DNA of 32,000 nt from Thermoanaerobaculia bacterium (lineage in GTDB: Bacteria; Acidobacteriota; Thermoanaerobaculia; Multivoradales; JAHEKO01), in the NCBI GenBank assembly GCA_049678185.1, contig JBAUDS010000010.1, positions 9,816 through 41,815 on the forward strand. Reading direction: 5' to 3'. Below are positions 25,501 to 32,000 of the stretch, in pieces (the first letter of the stretch is position 1; each line of letters starts with the position of its first letter). The translations under genes were made by a program, and so were the position numbers. A model generated the notes under the pieces. It ran no database searches, was not told the origin of the DNA, and worked only from the letters and a program-made list of their open reading frames with translations.

Positions 25501-26901
25501 TCAGACCTTGCGCAGCTTCTGCTGCATGATGCACATCTCGAAGGCGATGCCGGCCATCGTTGCCAAGCGTCTGATCGCGGAGAAGTCCAGACCGTCGAGC
25601 CCCCGATGGTCGCGGTCGAAATAGATGTAGGTGACGGCTCGTTCGCGGATACGGACCGGAAAGACAGCACACTCGGGGGGCGTGGTCGCGTTCCAGCACT
25701 CCGCCAACTTGGCGTGAGCCGGCATATCCGGAAGTTGTCCCAGAAAGAAACTTCCACCCTGTCGCAGGTTGAGGAATATCGACGGCTGCGCGAAATCGAC
25801 TTCGTAGTCTCGGAGGCGGGCCTCGTTGAGACTTTGCCCGCGGCCCATCCAACCCATGACCTGGTCACGCTGGACCCGAAAGAGCAGTACCCTCGGGTAT
25901 TGCTGCGCTAGAAAGTCGAGCAGGACTCGACCCACTTCGTCAGGCTTCCGCACCTTCTCGAGTAACAGCTCGACCTCTTCCAGCGTGAGCCGCGCTCGCG
26001 AGGGCCGGGCGCGTGTGCTCTGCGGCGTGATCGATCTAGGGGCAACGGGCGGGGGCTCGATCGGTGCCACGGGTTCGGCTGGAGCCGGCTGCGGTGCTGG
26101 CGCCACCGGTGCGGGCATTTTCGGTGCCGGTTGGGGCTTGTCCGCGGCTGGCTGAGCGGTGGTGCGGGCGCCAGCCTGGGGCTCGGTACGATGCACTCGG
26201 GTCTCGACGGTTGCCGCACCAGCAGACATCAGTTTGGCTTCCTCTGCAGTCTTCTTTGGTGGGCCGGCGGTCTCGATTCTCAACTCGTGGGCGATGATCC
26301 GACTTGGGGGAACGGGCTTGCGTGTGACCGGCCTTGGGGCGCTGGGACGCCGCGGCGGACCCGGGCCGGCGGCGGTCTCTTTGACCGGTCCTTGGCCCTT
26401 CCTCGGGGGTGGTGCCTGCCATCGACCACGCTCTCGGTTCAGCAGCTCGAGCAGGTGGGCAAAGCGGAGAGGGGGTTCCTGAGTGTAGTACTTCTCGAGG
26501 GCTTCGTAGATTCGTGCCTCGTTGGCGATATGGATGTTCAGTTTCTTGCCGATCACGAACGCGAGCTCGTCGTGGAGGGCGAGGTTTCTGACATCCAGAA
26601 GGGCGACGTCGACTCGACCTGACATCTTGCGGAAGGGGATGGCGAGATAGCGAGCCGCCAGGTCCCTGGGCAAAAGCTGGTGTACTCCTGGCGGCACGTC
26701 GGCCAGGTCGGCTACCGAAGCTGCGGGTACTCCCAGCTGCTCGGACAGCACGCGCACGAGAAGATCTTCTTGGATGGCACCTATCTCCAACAGACAAGTA
26801 CCGACGAGCCCGCCCATCTCGCGCTGTCTGGCGAGTGCCTCGTCCAGCTGGTGATTGCTGACCCAGCCTCGATCCCGCAGCAGTTCCCCGAGCCCTTTCA
26901 T
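25501..26901 (-). CDS. T2SSE_N/MshEN-domain protein with a long Pro/Ala-rich linker and a C-terminal GAF-like domain (no ATPase domain)
   Basis: The N-terminus, MKGLGELLRDRGWVSNHQLDEALARQ-REMGG-LVGTCLLEIGAIQEDLLVRVLSEQ, gives two 24-residue MshEN-type motifs with a 5-residue spacer, followed by the rest of a GspE-N-like domain. Residues ~190-330 are P/A/R-rich. The C-terminal ~170 aa have a GAF-like pattern. I prefer the ATG at 26901. The GTG at 27006 (track) adds 35 AT-rich codons that contain a consensus promoter. Confidence 0.65.
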   Translation of the reverse strand: MKGLGELLRDRGWVSNHQLDEALARQREMGGLVGTCLLEIGAIQEDLLVRVLSEQLGVPAASVADLADVPPGVHQLLPRDLAARYLAIPFRKMSGRVDVALLDVRNLALHDELAFVIGKKLNIHIANEARIYEALEKYYTQEPPLRFAHLLELLNRERGRWQAPPPRKGQGPVKETAAGPGPPRRPSAPRPVTRKPVPPSRIIAHELRIETAGPPKKTAEEAKLMSAGAATVETRVHRTEPQAGARTTAQPAADKPQPAPKMPAPVAPAPQPAPAEPVAPIEPPPVAPRSITPQSTRARPSRARLTLEEVELLLEKVRKPDEVGRVLLDFLAQQYPRVLLFRVQRDQVMGWMGRGQSLNEARLRDYEVDFAQPSIFLNLRQGGSFFLGQLPDMPAHAKLAECWNATTPPECAVFPVRIRERAVTYIYFDRDHRGLDGLDFSAIRRLATMAGIAFEMCIMQQKLRKV

Positions 26902-26967
26902 ATCTGATCGATGCCAGCAGGGGATCTCTAAGTTATTGATGCTCAGTCGTTTATTTGCGAACAAGAC

Positions 26968-26996
26968 ATTATAAAAGTCTCCTTCTTCCTTGTAAA
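26968..26996 (-). promoter_or_regulatory. Near-consensus sigma-70-type promoter (TTTACA-N17-TATAAT) on the minus strand, driving the MshEN-GAF gene
   Basis: The reverse complement of 26991-26996 is TTTACA and of 26968-26973 is TATAAT, with exactly 17 nt between them. It lies in the only AT-rich island of the window, about 60 nt upstream of the ATG at 26901. Confidence 0.55.
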
Positions 26997-27025
26997 GCGG
27001 TGGCACGGATTGTTATCCTCGAATC

Positions 27026-28921
27026 ATGCGACCGTCCCGGCTATCTTCGCTGTGTTATCTGATCCTCATTGCATTGGGTAGCGCGGTTGCCGCCTCGGAC
27101 GCCCCCTACCACTTCGCGCTCGCCAAGCTGCTCACCGAGGAGGGGGCCTATGGCGAGGCGCTGGAACACTTCTCCCAAGCTGTCGATGAGGCACCTGAGG
27201 ATGTGTTCATCCGCATCGAATACGCCAGGCTCCTATTGCGACTGGACCGGGCCAAGGCGGCCGAAGCCCATGCCTCGGAGGCGCTGGACCTGGCTCCTGA
27301 CAACCTCGATGCGATGCGGATCTATAGCCAGGTGCAGCTGTCTCTGGTGCAAGAAGAGGATGATGCGTTGGTCCGTGCGCGGGAAACGCTCGAGCGTCTC
27401 CGAGTCCTGGTACCCGACGATGGTCAGTCGATGATGTCCCTGGGCCAGATCTACCTGGGCGAATCCAGGTTCGATGAAGCTGCCGAAGTTTTCAAGGAGC
27501 TTCTCAGTCATCGCCCTGGCAATCGGGCGGTCTACTCCTTTCTGCTCGATGCCCTGCTGCGGGCGGGTGAGCTGACTGAGGCCGAGGAGGTGCTCGACGA
27601 TGTTCTGAAGGTCGATCCGGGCTTCGAGAAAGCACGTGTGACTCTTGCCGAGCTGCAGAGCGAAAGAGGGGACCACGATGCTGCTATCGAGACTTTGAAG
27701 GGGGCGCCCAAGGAGCTGGCAGACGTGGAAGTTCAGCGCCGCCTGGCTCTCGAGCTTTTCAGGACCGGCGATCTCGATGGTGCGCTGGTGGCACTGGACA
27801 AGACGTTGGCGGATCTGCAGGAAGACTTTGGAAGCCTTTATCTCAAAGCGCTCGTGCTGGCCGCCAAGGGCCGCAATGATGAGGCCGCGGAGCTGGCACG
27901 CCAGCTTCTGACCATGCGGCCCGAGAGTCCCGAGATCTCGTCTCTTTTGGCTCGTGTTCTGGAGCGCCAGGGGCAATTCGACGATGCGGCCGCCGTACTG
28001 GCCGCGATGGCAGAACGGCTGATCGAAGCCGGTGATGAAGCAGGTGCATTCCAGATTCAGCTCGAGCAGGCCAGGTTGCTGGCGCGTGGGGAACGCTGGC
28101 AGGCTGTGCTCGAGCTCACCGAAGCCCTGGTGCCGATCGACGAGGATGCGGGCGCTGACGATTCCATGTTCCTACGAGCCGACGCGCTGTTTCACCTTGG
28201 ACGCGAAGAAGACGCCCTGGCTCTCCTACAGACCGACAGTAGCGATCCAGAGATGGTCGACAGGGTTCTGGCCAAGGAGGCCGAGATCCTTCTCCGTCTC
28301 GACCGCGAAGAGGAGGCACTCGAGAGGGTGCAGCAGCTCACCTCTACCGGCGAGGTGGAAAACCTGCTGCTCGCAGCCGAGGTCTATCAGCGCCTCGAGC
28401 GCTATGCCGGATCGGTCCCCATTCTCGAGCGGGCCAAAGCGGCGAGCGAAGGGTCGATCAGAATTCAGGTCCTGTTCTGGTTGGGAGCAGCCTACGAACG
28501 GACCGAGCGCACCAGCGAAGCCGAGGCCGTCTTTCAGGAATTGCTGGAGGCAGAGCCGCAATTCGCGCCGGCCTTGAACTATTTGGGGTACATGTGGGCC
28601 GAGGAGGGTGAGAATCTCGACCGCGCCCTGGTGATGGTGAGTCAGGCAGTCAACCTGGAACCCGACAACGGGGCCTATGCCGACTCTCTCGGTTGGACGC
28701 ACTTCCAGCTTGGCAATTACGAAGAAGCCAGGGGTCATCTCGAGCGGGCGGCCGATTTGGTAGGGGACGACCCGGTCGTATTCGAGCACCTTGGTGATCT
28801 GTACGTTGTCCTCGGTGACCTGGAAAAGGCGCGGGAGGTCTATGAACGGGCCTTGGCGCTCGAGGCCGATAACACCGAACAGGTGCGTCGCAAGCTCGAA
28901 GAGCTGTCCGGCAAACTCTGA
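27026..28921 (+). CDS. Secreted tetratricopeptide-repeat (TPR) protein
   Basis: Signal peptide MRPSRLSSLCYLILIALGSAVAAS, followed by repeated 34-aa TPR-like units (for example YHFALAKLLTEEGAYGEALEHFSQAVDEAPED and ALNYLGYMWAEEGENLDRALVMVSQAVNLEPDN). Confidence 0.8.
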   Translation: MRPSRLSSLCYLILIALGSAVAASDAPYHFALAKLLTEEGAYGEALEHFSQAVDEAPEDVFIRIEYARLLLRLDRAKAAEAHASEALDLAPDNLDAMRIYSQVQLSLVQEEDDALVRARETLERLRVLVPDDGQSMMSLGQIYLGESRFDEAAEVFKELLSHRPGNRAVYSFLLDALLRAGELTEAEEVLDDVLKVDPGFEKARVTLAELQSERGDHDAAIETLKGAPKELADVEVQRRLALELFRTGDLDGALVALDKTLADLQEDFGSLYLKALVLAAKGRNDEAAELARQLLTMRPESPEISSLLARVLERQGQFDDAAAVLAAMAERLIEAGDEAGAFQIQLEQARLLARGERWQAVLELTEALVPIDEDAGADDSMFLRADALFHLGREEDALALLQTDSSDPEMVDRVLAKEAEILLRLDREEEALERVQQLTSTGEVENLLLAAEVYQRLERYAGSVPILERAKAASEGSIRIQVLFWLGAAYERTERTSEAEAVFQELLEAEPQFAPALNYLGYMWAEEGENLDRALVMVSQAVNLEPDNGAYADSLGWTHFQLGNYEEARGHLERAADLVGDDPVVFEHLGDLYVVLGDLEKAREVYERALALEADNTEQVRRKLEELSGKL

Positions 28922-28949
28922 TCCCTTGCCGCGACAGACGCTTGGACCG

Positions 28950-29660
28950 TTGTCAACTCGTCTCTTTGTAGTCGCCGGGCTGCTCGGGAGCCTTGCTTGC
29001 GCTCACCGCGGCGCGCCCGTCCAGACTTATGACACAGATGATCCGATGGCGGCCACTTGGGTCTTGGCGGCGCGGGATCTGGGAACCCAGAATCTTTTTC
29101 GTGTCCGCTACGGGGGTGCCAAGGGGGCCGGGGGGCTGCGACTGATACTCCGGCTCGACACCAGCGACCGCTTTCAGCTCGTTGCTTCCGATGTCCTGGG
29201 CCGAGCTGTCTGGAGCATGGAGCTCTACGACCGCCAGGTTCTGCTTGTGAACCATGCCGAGAAGACCTACTGTTTGGCCGGGATGGAGCTGACGCTGCCG
29301 GAAGTGGCGCTCGACCCATTACCGGTCAGAACCCTCCCCAAGGTTTTGCTGGGCTATCTGCCGGTCGCGGTCGGTGCCGACTCGGTAACGGACGATGCGC
29401 GGTTCGACTTCACCGATCCGAATCAGCGGCGGTGGACCGGCAGCTTCGAGGCCGGCAAACCATCCAGTTGGATGCTGTGGGAGGGGGAGCAGCCGTTGGT
29501 CTGGTGGACCCGGCAGGACAAGGGAGGCATATTGTCTCACCGCGAAGGGGTACAGTTTCGCTGGAGAACGGTGGTCAGAGAGAGTCTGGAGGGTGGCTTC
29601 GAGCGACTGGCCGTCCCCGAAAGCTACGCCAAGGCAGCTTGTTATGAGTCCAACGTATAG
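28950..29660 (+). CDS. Lipoprotein, LolB-like/DUF4292-like candidate
   Basis: The TTG at 28950 gives MSTRLFVVAGLLGSLAC, a signal peptide plus lipobox. TTG at 28926 is an alternative start, and the track start at 28791 lies inside the TPR gene. The body is beta-rich with LolB-reminiscent blocks (FQLVASDVLGRAVWSMELYDRQVLLVNHAEKTY...LPVRTLPKVLLGYLP). It overlaps the ispE start by 17 nt. Confidence 0.55.
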   Translation: MSTRLFVVAGLLGSLACAHRGAPVQTYDTDDPMAATWVLAARDLGTQNLFRVRYGGAKGAGGLRLILRLDTSDRFQLVASDVLGRAVWSMELYDRQVLLVNHAEKTYCLAGMELTLPEVALDPLPVRTLPKVLLGYLPVAVGADSVTDDARFDFTDPNQRRWTGSFEAGKPSSWMLWEGEQPLVWWTRQDKGGILSHREGVQFRWRTVVRESLEGGFERLAVPESYAKAACYESNV

Positions 29661-30522
29661 AAGCTTTGCCAAGATCAATCTCCACCTCGAGGTGCTTGGC
29701 AAACGCGACGACGGGTATCACGAGCTGCGGACGATCTTTCAAACGGTCGATCTGTGCGACCTGGTGACGATCGAGCTGTCCGACGGCGGCGTCGAGCTGG
29801 ATGTGGAAGAGGAGAAAGTCCCGTCAGGCCCGGAGAATCTCGTCCACAAAGCGGCGAGCGCCTTCCTCGGGCGATGGGCCCCCGCTCGTGGGGTGCGGAT
29901 TCGGCTGCGCAAGACCATACCGGTCGGTGGGGGGTTGGGTGGAGGGAGCAGCAACGCTGCCACGGTCTTGCTGGCGCTTCAGGAGTTGCTCGACTCGCCG
30001 GCGCCGGCGGACGAGCTGGCGTCGGTCGCCAGGAGCCTGGGAGCCGACGTTCCCTACTTCCTGGTGGGTGGCACGGCGATGGGTACGGGCAGGGGAGACG
30101 AGATCGAAGCGCTGGAGGAGCTGCCCGAGACCGAGATCTGGCTGGTCATCCCACCGGTGTCCATCTCCACCGCCGAGGTGTTCGCCCAGTTTGCGGAATT
30201 GACACCAAAGGCGGGTAAATCTAGCATTGAGTCGCTAGCAGAGGGCAGGATAAGTAACTGGTTGGCGTCAGGAAACGGCTGGAACGACCTCGAGGAGTTG
30301 GTCGTGGGCCGCTATCCTGCGGTAGGAGCCGTATATAATGCCCTCCGCGAGGCAGGGGCGTCGGAGGTGAGACTCTCGGGGAGTGGTGCGACTCTCTTCG
30401 CCCGCTTCAGTAACCAGAGCGTGAGTCGAGAGATGGCACGATTTCTTCCACCGGCGAGTCGTCTTGTGTGTGCCCGTACCCTGAGCAGATCGTCCTGTCA
30501 GAGACTTAGACTAGTCCAGTAG
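29644..30522 (+). CDS. ispE: 4-diphosphocytidyl-2-C-methyl-D-erythritol kinase
   Basis: From the ATG at 29644: MSPTYRSFAKINLHLEVLGKRDDGYHEL..., GHMP-kinase motif IPVGGGLGGGSSNAA, and RLSGSGATLFA. The track start at 29395 lies inside the preceding gene. Confidence 0.92.
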   Translation: MSPTYRSFAKINLHLEVLGKRDDGYHELRTIFQTVDLCDLVTIELSDGGVELDVEEEKVPSGPENLVHKAASAFLGRWAPARGVRIRLRKTIPVGGGLGGGSSNAATVLLALQELLDSPAPADELASVARSLGADVPYFLVGGTAMGTGRGDEIEALEELPETEIWLVIPPVSISTAEVFAQFAELTPKAGKSSIESLAEGRISNWLASGNGWNDLEELVVGRYPAVGAVYNALREAGASEVRLSGSGATLFARFSNQSVSREMARFLPPASRLVCARTLSRSSCQRLRLVQ

Positions 30523-30535
30523 CGGAGACCTGTTG

Positions 30536-30982
30536 ATGGAGATTACAGAGATAAAGGTTTTCCCGATCGAGGAAGAGAAGCTGAAGGCCTTCGTATCGAT
30601 CGTATTCGACCACTGCTTCATGGTGAATGACATCAAGGTAATTCGGGGCAAGGACGGGTTCTTTATCAGCATGCCGAGTCGGCGCAAGCGGAATGGGAAG
30701 TTCAAAGATGTGGCCCATCCTCTGAACAATGAGACCCGGCAGATGTTGGAACAGCAGATCCTCTCCGAGTACGAGCAGGTGATTGCGGGGCGGCGGACAG
30801 AAGGGGAGACGGCGCCAAGAGCAAGAGCGCCTATCGAAGGGCAGCAACCGCAGCAGAAGTCGGAGCCGCCGGCCCCGGTGCCTGCCGAGGCTCGTGCCGA
30901 GACGAACGATGAGCCAGAGGAGGGAAAGAGCCTCGACGAAGTCACGGAGATGCATCTCCGTGACTCCTTCTGGACGACATAG
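30536..30982 (+). CDS. spoVG: SpoVG family protein with an extended E/P/A-rich C-terminal tail
   Basis: MEITEIKVFPIEEEKLKAFVSIVFDHCFMVNDIKVIRGKDGFFISMPSRR...DVAHPLNNETR is the SpoVG core. SD GGAGA at 30524-30528 lies 7 nt before the ATG at 30536. Confidence 0.9.
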   Translation: MEITEIKVFPIEEEKLKAFVSIVFDHCFMVNDIKVIRGKDGFFISMPSRRKRNGKFKDVAHPLNNETRQMLEQQILSEYEQVIAGRRTEGETAPRARAPIEGQQPQQKSEPPAPVPAEARAETNDEPEEGKSLDEVTEMHLRDSFWTT

Positions 30983-31072
30983 CCTGCCCTACTGACAGTG
31001 GAGTCGGGTGCGGGCTCCGTTTCGCGGTCGACCAGAGTCGATAGGGACCCCCTCCAAGAGTCGAAGAGTCAC

Positions 31073-31147
31073 TGGGGCGTCGCCAAGTGGTAAGGCACCA
31101 GACTTTGGATCTGGCTATCGGAGGTTCGAATCCTCCCGCCCCAGCCA
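31073..31147 (+). tRNA. tRNA-Gln (anticodon UUG), CCA encoded
   Basis: Cloverleaf folded by hand. Acceptor stem TGGGGCG/CGCCCCA. Anticodon stem CCAGA/TCTGG with loop CTTTGGA (anticodon TTG at 31105-31107). T-arm GGAGG-TTCGAAT-CCTCC. Discriminator G followed by CCA. Close to the E. coli tRNA-Gln sequence as I remember it. Confidence 0.93.
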
Positions 31148-31196
31148 ACGGATAATCAAACCGAGACTGACCATTACCAATCGCGCTATCGGATGA

Positions 31197-32000
31197 ATGA
31201 CCATGCTAGGTGATCTGAAAATCTTCAGTGGACGGGCTCACCCCAGCCTGGCGCAAGAGATTTGCGCCTATCTCAAGCTGCCTTTGGGCAAGGTCGAGGC
31301 GTACAACTTTTCCGATGGCGAGATTTTCTGCCAGATCGAGGAGAACGTCCGCGGCTCCGACGTTTTTATCATTCAGCCCACCTGTCGGCCGGCCAACGAG
31401 AACTTGATGGAGCTCTTGATCATGCTGGACGCCTTCAAGCGGTCCTCCGCTTCACGGGTGTCCGCGGTCATCCCCTATTACGGCTACGCGCGCCAGGACA
31501 AAAAGGACAGACCGAGGGTCCCGATCACCGCCAAGCTGGTCGCCGATCTCATTTCGCGAGCCGGCGCCGATCGGATCCTGGCCATGGATCTCCACGCCGC
31601 TCAGATTCAGGGCTTTTTCGATGTCCCGGTGGACCATCTTTTCGCGGCTCCGGTTCTGCTGGAAGCTATCCGCAAGCTCGAAATCCCTGATTTGATCCTG
31701 GTCTCTCCGGACGCCGGCGGGGTCGAAAGGACACGTGCCGTCGCCAAACGTCTGGGGGCGGGACTGGCCATCGTCGATAAGCGGCGCGAGGCTCCCAACC
31801 AGGCCAAGGTCATGCACGTCATCGGTGACGTCGAAGGTCGGAATGTGCTCCTGGTCGACGACATCATCGATACCGCGGGGACATTGCATTGGACGGTCGA
31901 GGCGCTGAAGAACAACGGCGCCAAGAGGATTCTGGCTGCTGGAATCCATGCCGTGCTCTCGGGACCGGCCATAGAGAGAATCCAGAACTCGCCCTTGGAG
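31197..32000 (+). CDS. prs: Ribose-phosphate pyrophosphokinase (PRPP synthetase); 3' end cut by window edge
   Basis: Not in the supplied ORF track because there is no stop codon before the window end. My translation from the ATG at 31197/31203 reads (MT)[24 protein letters not shown]...[13 protein letters not shown]...[20 protein letters not shown]...[14 protein letters not shown]...[12 protein letters not shown]. These are the PRPP synthetase signature motifs. Confidence 0.93.
   Translation, partial: MTMLGDLKIFSGRAHPSLAQEICAYLKLPLGKVEAYNFSDGEIFCQIEENVRGSDVFIIQPTCRPANENLMELLIMLDAFKRSSASRVSAVIPYYGYARQDKKDRPRVPITAKLVADLISRAGADRILAMDLHAAQIQGFFDVPVDHLFAAPVLLEAIRKLEIPDLILVSPDAGGVERTRAVAKRLGAGLAIVDKRREAPNQAKVMHVIGDVEGRNVLLVDDIIDTAGTLHWTVEALKNNGAKRILAAGIHAVLSGPAIERIQNSPLE

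Noticed and set aside
26030-26210. Repetitive-looking GC-rich stretch (GGTGC/GGCTG/GCCGG iterations), considered as a tandem repeat or CRISPR-like array.
   Set aside because: It is the coding sequence of the Pro/Ala-rich linker (PAPxxPAP...) of the MshEN-GAF protein on the minus strand. The repeats are short, imperfect and in frame, and there is no repeat-spacer periodicity.
31001-31071. Four GAGTC[GA] hexamers (31001, 31035, 31058, 31066) between spoVG and tRNA-Gln.
   Set aside because: The hexamers are short, the spacing is irregular, and this could easily be chance. They may be part of the tRNA promoter region, but I cannot support a specific call.
31073-31147. tRNA-Gln as a possible genomic-island integration site.
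   Set aside because: I saw no integrase and no direct repeat of the tRNA 3' end downstream. Both flanks (spoVG and prs) are conserved housekeeping neighbours.
31262-31972. Track ORFs 31262-31690 (+), 31452-31949 (-) and 31607-31972 (-).
   Set aside because: All overlap the open prs frame, which carries unmistakable PRPP synthetase motifs. These are off-frame or antisense artefacts.

Overview
Visibly GC-rich, gene-dense bacterial chromosomal segment. I saw no rRNA, CRISPR array, transposase, integrase or phage genes. I call 28 protein-coding genes (two cut by the window edges) and one tRNA-Gln.

Gene order:
- hyuA, hyuB and an Nramp-fold transporter (+).
- A compact glycan module of GT2/CE4 fusion, Wzx-type flippase and GT2, followed by a MATE exporter (-).
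- An M48 lipoprotein protease (+).
- trxB, a ChlI-like AAA+ and a VWA protein (-), divergent from ferritin (+).
- DUF465, psd, pssA and a Cys-less Asd/USG-like protein (-).
- tsaB (-) divergent from mutS (+); then ssb (-) and dtd (+).
- MshEN-GAF protein, IHF/HU and an M50 protease (-).
- TPR protein, LolB-like lipoprotein, ispE, spoVG, tRNA-Gln and prs (+).

Many ORFs in the supplied track are antisense shadow ORFs typical of GC-rich DNA, or are over-extended at the 5' end. I re-set starts using 4-nt or 1-nt stop/start overlaps, Shine-Dalgarno sequences, signal peptides and family N-termini. prs is missing from the track because it runs off the window without a stop.

Most of the window is housekeeping. 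Nothing here is a clear-cut new system. The best candidates for undescribed biology are:
1. The translationally coupled trxB / ChlI-like AAA+ / VWA operon facing ferritin.
2. An Nramp-fold transporter that has lost all canonical metal ligands and is coupled to an oxoprolinase/hydantoinase pair.
3. A GT2-CE4 fusion with a flippase, suggesting a lipid-linked amino-sugar route.
4. A stand-alone tandem-motif MshEN (c-di-GMP receptor-type) domain fused to a GAF-like domain.
5. A LolB-like lipoprotein in the lolB-ispE-prs position.
6. A catalytically degenerate Asd paralogue at the end of the psd-pssA operon.

All family assignments come from motif recognition by eye. No database search was possible.
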